Source: Chiloscyllium plagiosum (taxonomy: Eukaryota). Taken from it: a stretch of 64,000 nt of DNA. The notes beneath the pieces are model-generated. The model was not told the origin of the DNA. It saw only the letters and a program-made list of their open reading frames with translations, and made no database searches. Shown one piece after another: positions 37,672 through 50,003 of this stretch (position 1 is the stretch's first letter; each line of letters starts with the position of its first letter). The position numbers were made by a program, and so were the translations under genes. The DNA lies in NCBI RefSeq assembly GCF_004010195.1, contig NW_025215381.1, positions 377,003 to 441,002 on the forward strand, in the 5' to 3' direction.

Positions 37672-39722
37672 AGTAGATTACTGACATTAACCAGCAGGTG
37701 GCGATAGACCCAACCCCACAGCTATTAAACAGAATCTCAGCCTTTTTAAACAGCACTTTAAAAAAAATCAGGAGAATTAAACTGGACAGACTTCCAAAAC
37801 ATGAAACCAGATGGATCCAACACACCACGCTTCCATGGATTACCAAATACACCAACTAGGGGCTTTCCTCAGCCCCATAGTCTCCCTACCTGGTACACCA
37901 ACATATAGACTAGCCAAGGAACTCCACTGAAATCTTTGAGGAGAAAGTGAGGTCTGCAGATGCTGGAGATCAGAGCTGAAAATGTGTTGCTGGAAAAGCG
38001 CAGCAGGTCAGGCAGCATCCAGGGAACAGGAGAATCGACGTTTCGGGCATAAGCCAGCCTACTGCGAATCCTCTTACAAGGATGCCTTCCTTGAAGAAGC
38101 TCTCTTCCTCCCTCTACAAAGATTTCAGGGAGTCCACCTATCACATTTCCGACGCCCCTCCCCCAAGTCCCTCCTCCCTACCTTTTATCTTAGCCTGCTG
38201 GACAAACTTTCCTCATTCCTGAAGAAGGGCTTATGCCCGAAACGTCGATTCTCCTGTTCCCTGGATGCTGCCTGACCTGCTGCGCTTTTCCAACTCCACT
38301 GAAAACCAAATCACCTAATTGAAGTCTCACGCCACTCCATTCACTCAACCCAAGAATTCCTGAACACCAAAGACACCAAGACAGAAGAGGACGAAATAAC
38401 GGTCTCCTTTGACGTTTCAGCCCTTTTCACATCAATTAACATTGGCCTGGCCAAAGAAACACTACTAGGAAAACCAGGACCACAAACACCAGACAGCACC
38501 AACTTCATCCGCAAAGACATCCTCCTCAAGCTAGTGGACCTGTGTTTCACCACCAACTTCACGTTCAATAACAAAACCTCCAAACAAGTCAACGGAACAC
38601 CTATGGGATCCCCAATATCAGGGCTCATAGCAGAAGCAGTAATGCAGAGACTTGAACAAGCTGCTCTCCCATCTATCCAACCCAAACTTTGGGTCTGCTA
38701 CGTAGATGACACCTTTGTCATCACAAAACAGAACAAATTAGAAGAAACATACATCATCAACAAGATCCTGATAGGCACGAAATTCACAAAAGAGGAGGAG
38801 AACAACAACATACTCCCATTCCTAGACATGACAGTTGAACATACAGTTAACAGAGAGCTTCAAACCAGCGCCTACAGAAAAACAACACACATGGACCAAA
38901 TACCTAACCTGAGAAGCAATTATCCCAACACCTACAAACTGAGCTGCATCAAGACATTATTTCAATGAGCTACATCACATTGCAGCACCCAAGAACTACA
39001 AAAAGCAGAAGAAAAATATCTATACAATGTTCTCAAGAAAAACAGGTACCCAATAAACGCAACACGCTGATTCCTCAGAAAAAAACTCAAACAAGCAGAC
39101 ACAATGCAACCAAAAACTGTAGCCACACTACCTTACATCAAAGACATTTCAGAAATTACTTCCAGACTACTCAAACCCCTGGCATCATTGTAGCCCACAA
39201 ACCTACTAACACACAAACAGTGATGAACGAACCTAAAGGATGCATTAGATACAAAATGCAATGCAAAAACTGTAAAAAAAAACACATTGGACAAACCAGC
39301 AGGAAACTTGCCACCAGGATACATGAACACCAACTGGCCACCAAAAGACATGACCCACTCTCACTAGTTTCTATACATACAAAGAAGGACATCACTTTGA
39401 CTGGGACAACACACACACATCCTAGGACAGGTGAAACAAAGACACACATGAGAAATCTTAGAGGCACGGCATTCGAAGCAGAACTGTATCAATAAACACA
39501 TCAATTTAGACCCTATCTACATTCCCTGGGAAAAAAAAAACGGAAATGACATCACCCACCTTAAGAAACCAAGACCTATAAACAGAGAGGCGGGACATAC
39601 CACCAGCGCTTCACAGAGACTCTTGCTGATGTTATCTAGTATGGTGACGAAATATCTGAAAACAAACCTTCGAGCTCAGCAAGCTAACTGAGAGACTTAT
39701 CATCAACCTGAATTACAAATCT
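37672..39722 (+). mobile_element. decayed Penelope-like element (RT + GIY-YIG endonuclease), second family
   Basis: VSFDVSALFT, KQVNGTPMGSPISG, YVDDTF, LPFLD, YRK; YKMQCKNCKKKHIGQTSRKLATRIHEH; degenerate hammerhead-like motif near 39622-39655. Confidence 0.85.
37938..38291. mobile_element. fold-back Penelope-derived insertion nested in another Penelope-like element
   Basis: Inverted arms; ctgaagaagggcttatgcccgaaacgtc at ~38219; aactccactgaaa at 37920-37932 and 38292-38304. Confidence 0.8.
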
Positions 39723-39729
39723 TCTCAAA

Positions 39730-41285
39730 AATCGCTAATGTGATTCATTGTTCCGAGGAGGTGCTGAAGGTGACCGATGAGCGCATAGCAGTAGAGATTG
39801 TCTGCATGGATTTTCATAAGGTTTTTGACAAAGTCCCTCATGGCCAGCTCATCCGGAAGATGAAGATGCATGGGATCTACTGTGACTGGGCCACTTGGAT
39901 TTTGAACTGGATTGCCCATAGAAGGTAGAGGGCAGTTGAGGAAGGGTGTTTTGATAAAATGGAGAGCTAGAATGTCTTTCCTGTTTCTGCAGTGAACACT
40001 ATCTCCAAGTGGAAGGATATTTGTGTGGTTGGAGAACCACTATTTGTGGTGTTCCACAGGGATTTATACTGGGACCTCTACTTAATGTGATATACATAAA
40101 TTACTTGAGTGAAAATGTAGATGAGTTTACAGATGACACAAAGATCGGCAGAGTTGTGAATAGTGTAGAAGATTGTTTTAAGAACAGAATGGAATATAGA
40201 TCAGTTGCAGAAGTGGGTGGAGAAATGGCGGATGAAGTTTAATCTAGCTAAGCATGAGGTGCTGCATTTTAGGAGATCATACGTTAAGGAAAAGTATACA
40301 GTTAATGGCAGGTCTCTGAACAAAACTGATATACAGAGGGATCTTGGGGTTCAAGTCCATAGCTCTCTGAAAGTGGCCACACAAATAGAGAGGGTAGTAA
40401 AGAAGGAATATGGTATGCTTGCTTTTATTGATCATAAAATTGAGTGCAAGAGTCAGGATGTCACGTTGCAGCTCTAGAAGACTGGTTAGGTCACACTTGG
40501 GGTATTGCTTTCAATTCTGGTCACCACATTACAGGAAGGGTGTGGAGGCTTTGGAGAAGGTGCAAGAGGTTTACCAGGATGCTGCCTGGATTATAGGGGA
40601 TGAGCTATCAGGTGTGGCTAGAAAAACTCTGGTTGTTTTCTCTAGAATGGCGGAGGCCAACGGGAGACTTAGAACATAGAACAATACAGCACAGAACAGG
40701 CCCTTCGGCCCACGATGCTGTGCCAAACATTTGTCCTAGCTTGAGCACCTATCCATGTACCTATCCAATTGCCACTTAAAGGTCACCAATGATTCTGACT
40801 CTGCCACTCCCACAGGCAGCGCATTCCATGCTCCCACCACTCTCTGGGTAAAGAACCCACCCCTGACATCTCCCCTATACCTTCCACCCTTCACCTTAAA
40901 TTTATGTCCCTTAAATTGATAGAAGTTTCTAAAATTATCAGATGGATCGATGGGGTTGACTGTCAGAATTTTTTTCTCGAGTTGAAATGTCTAATACTAG
41001 GGGGCATGCATTTAAGGTGAAAGGGAGAAAGTTTAAAGGAGATGTGAAAGGCAAGTTTTTTCTTTACAGAGAGTGGTAGGAGTCTGGAACATGCTGCCAG
41101 GGTGATGGTGGAGGCAGATACTATAGGGGTATTTAAGGGACTTTTAGATAAGCATATGGATATGCAAGGAATGGAGGGTTATGGAGCAAGGGCAGACAGA
41201 AGGGATTAATTTAATTCGGCTGCATGTTTGGCACAACATAGTGGGCTGAAGGGCCCATTCCTGTGCTGTACTGAAATATATTCTA
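39730..41285 (+). mobile_element. CR1-clade LINE RT/3' fragment with a nested opposite-strand CR1 tail (~40671-40912)
   Basis: MDFHKVFDKVPH, GVPQG-ILGP, FTDDTK, FWSPHY. Confidence 0.85.
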
Positions 41286-41294
41286 CAGATTCAG

Positions 41295-41760
41295 AGTCTT
41301 CAACTGCTCATCATGTGACAAGCCCCTCATCACAGGGATCATTCCTGCAAATCTTCTGTGAACCCCCTCCAATGCCAACACACATTTCCTTCAGATATGG
41401 GGCCCAAAACTGCTCACAATATTCCAAATGTCCTCTGGCCAGAGGTCAGCGGTACATCTCTATTCTTGTTTTCTAGCCCTCTTGAAATGAATATTAACAC
41501 TGCATTTGTCTTCCTAACAACTGTACTGAACTTGCATATTAACTTTAAGAGAATCTTGAACTCGGACCCCCAAAATCCCTTTGCGCTTCACATATCTGAA
41601 TCCTTTCCCAGTTTAGAAAATAATTTATGCCTCTATTCTTCCTACCAAAATGTATAACTTCATTCTTTGCCAAATTGTATTCCATCTGCAACTTTTTTGC
41701 CCATTCGCCTAGTATATCCAAGAGCTGCTGCATCTTCCCTGTTTCCTGACTATTATCTGT
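41295..41760 (-). mobile_element. CR1-clade RT fragment
   Basis: LGEWAKKLQMEYN…EVIHFGRKN. Confidence 0.7.
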
Positions 41761-42060
41761 CAAAGTATGGCAAATTAAGTTTAAGGACAGCAATCCCTTG
41801 CAATGGTGCTGACGGATTTCTTTTATAGAGAGTACTGCAAGCACATATAGGCAGGATGGGTAATTAATGTGTCTCACTTCGAAGATAGGCACATAAGTTC
41901 TGGTTTCAGCCTACCAGAGGCTTTGGTGCTCTATCATTAAATATATTTAAGGCTGGGATAGACAGATTATTAAAATGGTGACTCAGGTTGGATGGGCTGA
42001 ATGGTCTACTTCTGCTCCCATGTCTTATGTTGGTTCTGAACAGAGCTCCAGAAAACTTTA

Positions 42061-42345
42061 GGGCGGCATGGTGGCTCAGTGGTTAGCACTGCTGCCTCAC
42101 AGCACCAGGGACCTGGGTTCAATTCTCACCTCGGGCAACTGTGTGTGTGGAGTTTGCACGCTCTCCCCGTGTCTGCATGGGTTTCCTCCCACAGTCCAAA
42201 AATGTGTAGTTCATGTGAACTGGCCATGCTAAATTGCTCGTAGTGTTAGATGCATTCGTCAGGGGTGAATGTAGGGGAATGGGCCTGGGTGGGTTACTCT
42301 TCGGAGGGTCGGTGTGGACTTGTTGGGCTGTAGAGAATCTAATCA
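42061..42345 (+). mobile_element. HE1-like V-SINE
   Basis: tRNA head and V core. Confidence 0.82.
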
Positions 42346-43495
42346 AAACTTTGATAAAAGCTGGGTGATTTCCTGAGCTAAAATTCAGCAAATGGATGAT
42401 AATTTTAGTATGCAGGTTGAGGGCGGTTAAACTCTGTCATACACATGAACACTTGCGAGTTGAAATTAAAAAGGGAAAACTACACAATCAGTTCCATTGT
42501 GTTTTGGGCTTGCTACATCACCAATTATGGCCAATTTTAATTTGGGGCAGGGAGAACTGGGCTGGAGGAAACTGCAAGTTAAACAGTTTGTTAGAAACAT
42601 GCCAATTGTGTGCACGAACCAAATTGTTGGACTGATCTCACAGGTGACAGGAGCTGTGACACTTGTAGAAGGCTGCAGAGTGTAAACAAATTATACATTG
42701 TTGAACGACTGAGTTAAGATCTTGGAGTCAGGAGCAAGGAGATATGGAAAGTGTGACTGACTGGAGTCACATTACTATCTGCCAGAGGTTCACACTACAA
42801 TGTTAAGAACACTTTAGAAGGCAGCCCGATCTTTCAAAGGCTAAATTTGAAAGTAATTAAGCCCTCCAAACCACTCTCTTTATTACCAGCTGTAAAAACT
42901 ACAGTTCAATTGACCCCCATGTGTAATACTCATTGCTGGGACTTGAATTGCAACAACTGACACAAAAATGTATTTCTGGATAAAAGGATTCAGCAAATCT
43001 TCGTCTCTCACCCATTTGGACTTATTGATTTGTGAGATGAAGCATTTGTTGGGAGATGGTTGTGTGGTGGGGGAAGGGGGAGTATGGCAGTGTTAATGGG
43101 GTGGAAGGCAAGTTCCTATAGAATACAAACAGCAGAAAGAAATGTTCTTATGTGTTGAAGATTGTATGCAAATTCCTCTCAAGTCCCTCTGATACAGTAT
43201 CTTGTTGCACTTCCAAAGTATTCAGTTCCACTGAATACTGACCACCATGTTTAAGGAGGGATCTTTGTGCCATCAAATTGACTTCTTGCATTGAATCAGC
43301 ATCTCCTTGTTCTGGAGTGAACTCTTCCATGATGCTTGCGATCTTATCGTATTAGTGGATCTTGTACGTTGGTCATTAATAAATTTACATGAAACAATGG
43401 AAGCAAGTATTTTTCACTCAAGAAGCGGCCAACACATTCAAGTGGAAATCACCACAACATCAAAAAGCACTTTAAAAAACATTTCAGCTACTGAC

Positions 43496-43663
43496 CCCAC
43501 AAGGCAGCACAAAGTATTTCAGAATTAAAACGTTTCTTGTATTTGCGTATTTCGGGCGTATCACTGTGCGGTCGGGTGTTGGCCGGATTGACATTCACCA
43601 CCGAGCACTTCCTGTCTTCATACTTCAGTTGGTTTAATCCGCCTCCATCACTGATGCTTAGAC
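43496..43663 (-). CDS. MINK1: MINK1-like exon, 168 nt, start of CNH domain ([39 protein letters not shown])
   Basis: cttctAG acceptor and G|GTcagt donor; phase 1-1; hallmark family peptide. Confidence 0.96.
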
Positions 43664-43776
43664 CTAGAAGCGGAAGAGACAATCAACCATCACACTTAAT
43701 TATAGAATCAACTAACCTAATCCGCATCTGCTCCAAACCCTTGCACTGTTTGGCATGCTGGCTTGTTTTTTTTAGG

Positions 43777-44070
43777 ATTAGATTTCTTACAGTATGGAAC
43801 CAGGCCCTTCAGCCCAACAACTCCACACCGACCCTCCAAAGAGTTACCCACCCAGACCCATTTCCCTCTGACTAATGCACCTAACACTATGGGCAATTTA
43901 GCATGGCCAATTCACCTGACCTGCACATCTTTGGAGTGTGGGAGGAAACCGGAGCACCCGGAGGAAACCCACGCAGACACAAGGAGAATGCCTGTGTGGA
44001 GTTTGCACAGTCACCAGAGGCTGGAATCGAACCTGGGACCCTGGTGCAGTGCTAACCACTGAGCCACTGT
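43777..44070 (-). mobile_element. HE1-like V-SINE
   Basis: Reverse-strand copy. Confidence 0.82.
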
Positions 44071-44912
44071 GCACTGACATTGTCCAACAGAGAATTGAGG
44101 ACTCAAGTGTCAATTACATTTTTAGCTACTCAATGCAAGAGGCACTGTAGAAACCAGACAGCTGTTGTGGGGACTGGCTGCACCTGGTCACTGTCTGACG
44201 GATGGGCAGTTAGAATCAGGAACCCTTATTGAGGGCTGCTTCCTACTATCAAGAATTGATGGAGGAGGGATGGTTCTATAGATTCAAAGCATCCTTGGAT
44301 AAATCTTCAGTAAGATTATTGACACGCAACACTTTCTAGAGTTTCTTAAAGCCTAAGGCAATTGAATTCTTTGATTTGTGATGCCTATTACTAACTCTAT
44401 TATGCCTATTACGTGCACCGAAGACAACAAGTCCCACAGCCCACCCAATTAAAAAACGATACTAGCTTGACTATAAACTCATTTCTTCAAACTATAATAT
44501 TCCATGATTTTAAGCTACGACTAGCTCGTTAGAGATCAGGCTTCCAACTAAATCTGGTATGAATTAGACTGCAAATCACCACATCATGCACTGGCTCAAC
44601 ATTAGTTTAGGTTAGATAATAAGATCGGAATTACTTAGAAAATCCACATCAGCTTTCTGACTCATAAAACAATCAAAACTCTAATAAGCTCCAATTAATA
44701 TACAGTAAGTGCTGGACTCAGTTGAAGTACAGTTAATTGCAGCATCCTTTTCAATAATGCATTGCAGATTTTGATTGCTGTATTTCCACATTCATATTGC
44801 AAAATAATCCAACAATTATGTGGCATTTAATGGTCAGCTTAGGATAGGGCAAGAGGGATGAAGCCTACGTGAGCAAGGAGAAAGGAGTAACTCACAGATT
44901 GCAGCATCTTGA

Positions 44913-45882
44913 TGTCACGTCACGGGCTAAACCCTCCTGCTTAATTTAAACAAGCAACACAGAAAAGGTTTATCCCGTGCAGTAACCTGTGAAAATTCGA
45001 GTGGCCAAGAACTATTTAAAGTAAAAATTAACAACTTTCTTTCTTAAAGTATAACAGAGAATAATTAACTAACAACTATTTACAATTCCTTCCTCTGACT
45101 TTCCCCTCTATAATACTAGCCCGATAAAACCCCCCAATTAAGATTTACTGGAAAATTCAAATTTAAAAACCAGTCGAATCTTCTTTTTATATCTTCCTCT
45201 GTAGAGTTGCTCTCCAGGTCAGTGTGGATATTTTTCTCTGTGCAAACTCCTTCTCTAGACAGGTACCTCTCAGAGTTCTGACTAGCAGCCTAAATCTGTT
45301 GGTCTTTTGGCAATTGTCCTTCAACTGTTCAATGTTTCCCTGTCTTATACCCCCAAAGCATCAGTGTGTCATTGGCTTTTAGATTAGATTTTTTTTAGAT
45401 TAAATTAGATTACATTAGTGTGGAAACAGGCCCTTCGGCCCAACAAGTCCTTACCTAACACTACGGGCAATTTAGCATGGCCAATTCACCTGACCTGCAC
45501 ATCTTTGGACTGTGGGAGGAAACCGGAGCACCCGGAGGAAACCCACGCAGACAACGTGCAAACTCCACACAGTCAGTCGCCTGAGGCGGGAATTGAACCC
45601 GGGTCTCAGGCACTGTGAGGCAGCAGTGCTAACCACTGTGCCATCGTGCCACCCACTTTTGCCAATATACTGAATTCAAACTTGATTGGAGTTTGTATTT
45701 TTTGGGGTATAATTTAAGCTGATTGGCCCAATTCAATTTGTTTTTGTCTCCAGGCAACCAGCTACACTAGCTGCTGGATCAAAAGGTTACAGTATATCTG
45801 GTTCAGAACACTTGGCGCTGTCAGGTAGTTCTGCTAGCTTTTAAATTTCTTGAAGGTACAGTACACCCACATCTTCATTACA
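44913..45882 (-). mobile_element. solo LTR-like element of the same family as 981-1687, interrupted by an HE1-like SINE
   Basis: TGTAATGAAG…CGTGACA termini on the minus strand (TG…CA); homology to 981-1687. No clear TSD. Confidence 0.65.
45381..45654 (-). mobile_element. HE1-like V-SINE (internal deletions) inside solo LTR
   Basis: Reverse-strand copy with (gatta)n tail. Confidence 0.85.
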
Positions 45883-46924
45883 CTAGTAATTGCTTTCTTT
45901 TAAAAGTCCAAATCATGATTAGGAACTGCCTTGTACGGTTTGCAAATAGGCTACCAGATGCACCTTGCATTGGGTCATGACAGAGTGAACTTGTGCCTTT
46001 TGCACGATCTTGCTGGTGGTGGAGCTCTCAATGAACATGACCCAGGCATTTTTTGAAGCCTACTTTTTCCTGGTTTACTACTTGATGGATGAGTCTTTGG
46101 GGCGTTGTGCATCAACAAAAGGCCTGATAAGCAAGAAATCTGTGGGCCTGACAGGGACTAAGCCAACTGCTCAACTTCCTGATCTATCCCATGTGTGCAC
46201 TGAAAGAGGTTTGGGACCGAGAAGGTACCAGATTTGAAAGGAGAAATTTCTTTTCTCTTCCTGTTCTGATACTGGCAGGAGTTCATAAACCTGCAGGGGA
46301 AATCTTTATTCAAAACCACACAAAAAAAAAATCCCAACTATATTCTAAAACAATCTTGATTGATGCAAGAATTCAGGAAACCATTAGCAACCTCCATTCA
46401 TAACACATCCAGCTACTCCTTGATTTTCAAATTTTCACAACAATCTTTGAAGGTCTCTGGTGCCTCACACTAAGCTTTGTGGCCTCTGGCAGGCCAACAC
46501 TTCTCAATACCACCTCCAACCAGCGAGAACTCTGTGCTCCTCCAACCTCAGTTTTCAGAACAACCACACAACAAATATTCTTTTGTCATCCAAATGTTAG
46601 CGATGCTTTCAGATAGCTAAACCATAAAAAGATCCACAGTTTCCTCCTGACAAAAGCACTTCTCACTTTCTCCTTGCTCCCCAAACCTATCTGCTCCTAA
46701 TAACTTTGGAGGTGATTTGGATGCAAAGTTTCAGTTGACAGTCCTCCTGTGGGACACCTCATAGCACTTCACTGAATTTGAAAACAGGGATAAAAGCTTT
46801 CAAAATACAAATACTGTCGTCATGTAGGAAATGCGTAAATGGCAACCTGAGCCCAACAATTCAGTTTTCTTCTAGCAAGGCAAAGAGCAAATGAAGTCCA
46901 GTCAAGGGATATCTCAATACTCAC

Positions 46925-47033
46925 CACCGATTTGTATTGTATCCCCACCAGCGTCCATCTGGTACATTCCAAGATCAACAAAGGTGGTAAACGATGACTT
47001 GCCAGGTGATTTCACAAGGCCTCTTGACTGAAA
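46925..47033 (-). CDS. MINK1: MINK1-like exon, 109 nt, FQSRGLVKSPGKSSFTTFVDLGMYQ...
   Basis: attacAG acceptor and G|GTgagt donor. The peptide is close to the MINK1-type YQSRGLVKAPGKSSFTMFVDLGIYQ, which favours MINK1 over MAP4K4/TNIK. Confidence 0.93.
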
Positions 47034-47829
47034 CTGTAATGACAAGTTGCACACTGTTGCTGTAGTGATACATAGATCACAGGATGATATACAATACAGA
47101 GGTGATCCTTCCAACCATCCTGTCTGCGACTTCACTGAAAACAACTGCCAGTGAGTCCCACTCAGCTGCTTTTCTCAGTTTTCAAGAAAATACAAGATCG
47201 TTGGAAATTATACATATTTGAAAACTTCACCAGGAATTACAATGGAAGTTTAAAACATGGTTCTAAAATCTATAAAATCAAAAGTTTGCTATTGAGCATT
47301 AGCCCACTGTCAATGATGATTCAGTTCAATTATTCAGCTTAGGCTAAAGGGTTTACATAATCAACTTCTGTTCCTTTGATGAGGATTTTTAACACTAGAG
47401 TGGGCATGAAACTTCCTGCACAAGATAAATGCTCAAATTAACACCATTGCCTCAAAATCTCTGCCAATCCTGCGCTCTGAAATCATCTCTTGCATTTTGA
47501 GCACACAAGTTCAACCCATTTGTGTCCTACAGCAGTGCAAAAAGTGGCAGTATGTCCTAAAGTAGCAATTTGCAATTTATTTCCCAAGCTGTGTACAAAG
47601 GGTGTAGGGTAGAGATCAGGCCTAGAGATATGACCTCGGTGAAATTTCTCATCTGGCTTAGATTTGGACAGCAACATGCTTACCAGCTTCACTGGAGGAT
47701 TCTCAACCCTAGAATGTTCCAGAGACTGAACTACTTCCTTAATAAAACAAGCATGGTTTATACACAACATGGCTCCATAAAGGAAGCTGATCCAGAAGGG
47801 TTATCACTGCATACATGTAGGTAGGACTG

Positions 47830-48360
47830 ATATGGAGGTGCCGGTGTTGGACTGGGGTGGACAAAGTCAAAAGTCACACAACACCAGGTTACAGTCCAAC
47901 ATCGTTATTTGAAATCACAAGTTTTCAGAGTGCTGCTCCTTTGTCAGGCAATGTAAAGGGATGCACACATGCATAGAATGTACAGACAGAGAGATCAAGA
48001 AGATAGTACAAATGGTGGGAGTGGAGTGTCGACAGGCTGAATACCAAGTCGGTCCAGGTGATCAAAAGTGTCAGACGGTGTGAGTAAAGTGTCAACAGCT
48101 GAACAGTAAGTGAAGGGATGACCTATAATCCAATTAATTGAGGCAGAGAGATAATTACAAACTATTAAAAATAAGATAGTGCCAAATGGCTGGAATAATG
48201 TAATAGGTGTAAGAGTTGTATGCCAAGGGTCAAACCAAAGTAATGAGCAATCCAAAACTGTACAAACTAATTAAGGCAGAGAGATCATAAGTTATTCATG
48301 TCAATGATCTGGCATGTCTTGCAGAGTTTGCTGTGACAGGATCATGTGATGCTGTGGTGT
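47830..48360 (-). mobile_element. Penelope-like 3' region, further family, with degenerate hammerhead-like motif
   Basis: Minus strand cctgacaaaggagcagcactctgaaa near 47920-47948. Also contains the reverse complement of the tgcaagacatg(c/t)cagatcattga segment seen at 49098. Confidence 0.55.
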
Positions 48361-48879
48361 ACCACAGTCTACTGCAAGCCCATGGATAAGCTCACGATGC
48401 TGTACTTTTCTAGCTTCCACCCTAAACACATTAAAGAAGCCATCCCCTACAGACAAGCCCTGTGGATACACAGGCTCTGCTCAGACAGGGAGGAATCCGA
48501 CTGACAACTAAAGATGCTGAAAGACACCCTCATAAGAACAGAATACAGAGGACGGGGTTGGGGTTGGACCGGGTCAAGGGGTAGGGGCTCACGCGCTTTG
48601 TGCTGGGGGGAGGGGACCGGGATGGACCGGGATGGGGGGGCGGGGGGGGTCTTGCACACTGTGCGCTGCTGCAGTCTCCTGAATAGAGAGCAGACTTTAA
48701 AACTCCGAACCCCAGAAGAAAGGCATTTAATCGATTTTCCAAATAATTGATTATCCGAACGAAATAGTGCCTGCCCATCACGTTCGGATAATTGAGTTTC
48801 CACTGGACTCTGCTCAACTCATTGATCTCCAGTTCGGACGTGCCACAGCAAGAAACCGCAATGATGTCCTCAGAAGACA

Positions 48880-49385
48880 AAGGACACGACCGGTAGATTA
48901 CCATTCACTGTCCAGTACTTCCTTGGGGCGGAGAAACTAGACCATGTTCTTCACAGCCTTCAACATGTTGTTGATGACATCGAACATCTCGCCAACATCT
49001 CTCCACTTCTCTTAAACAGACTATCATTCACAGCAAACTACCCAGCCTTCAGGACAAGAGCAACCACAACACCACACAACCTTACTACGACAACCTCTGC
49101 AAGACATGTCAGATCATTGAGATGGATATTACCATCACATGTGGGATCACCCACTACGTACACGGCAGGTACTCGTATGGCTCAGCTAATGTTGTCCATC
49201 TCATATGCTGCAGGCAAGGATGCTCTGAAGCACGGTATATTGGTGAGAACGTGCAGACAAAACAACAACGGATGAATGGTCACTATGCAACAGTTACCAG
49301 ACAGGAATGTTCCCTCCCAGTCAGGGAACACTTCAGTTGTCAAGGACATTCAGCCTCTGACCTTGGGGTAAGTGCCCTCCAAGGA
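48880..49385 (+). mobile_element. Penelope-like GIY-YIG endonuclease fragment (Cys-rich linker, Neptune-like)
   Basis: CKTCQII…SANVVHLICCRQGCSEARYIGE…QRMNGH…PVREHF. Confidence 0.75.
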
Positions 49386-49859
49386 GATGAAAAGAAAATT
49401 ATTTCACCTAAAGGATAGGAGGAATCTGGAAGTCACTGCTCATAGGGGTGGTAGAGGCAGAAACCCTCATAGCATTTAAGCAGCATTTAGATCTGTACTT
49501 GTGATGCCAAGGGCGTAAAAGGTTATTGGTTAAGTGCTGCAACATGGGATTAGAATAGGTAGGTGGTTGTTTCTGACTGATACAGACACAATGGGCCTTA
49601 AGGCCTTTTTCTGTGCTGCAGATCTCTCTGACCCTATGACAGAGCTCCCATAGTGTCTGGTTGAGAGAACTTTCATATGGATCCCATTCCCAAAGTCTGA
49701 TGTACACTTTCAAGCATTTGTCTGAATCTCTTGTGTATCTGACTATTGAAGGTGCCTCCAATACCCTTCACCTCTCAATAAGCTAAGAGGAGGTTCGGTT
49801 ACTGTCAGAATTTCACAACAACATACTGGGGGTAGCAGTTAAATCGCAGCATTACTTAC

Positions 49860-50003
49860 CTCTGCTAAACCATCGTCCTGCTGTGAGGTAGGTCCCTTGG
49901 GATCAGTTGGGGAATGGCTCTGCCGCACTAAATCGGGCAGGTTAACGTGACTTGTGAAACCATTGCTGTCTGGATGATGGACCCCTCGTTCTTCCTCGGG
50001 TGT
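49860..50003 (-). CDS. MINK1: MINK1-like exon, 144 nt, TPEEERGVHHPDSNGFTSHVNLPDLVRQSHSPT...DGLAE
   Basis: ttcacAG acceptor and GAG|GTaagt donor; phase 0-0. Matches the TPEEER...DSNG...NLPD...SHSPT linker motif of MINK1/MAP4K4/TNIK. Confidence 0.92.
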
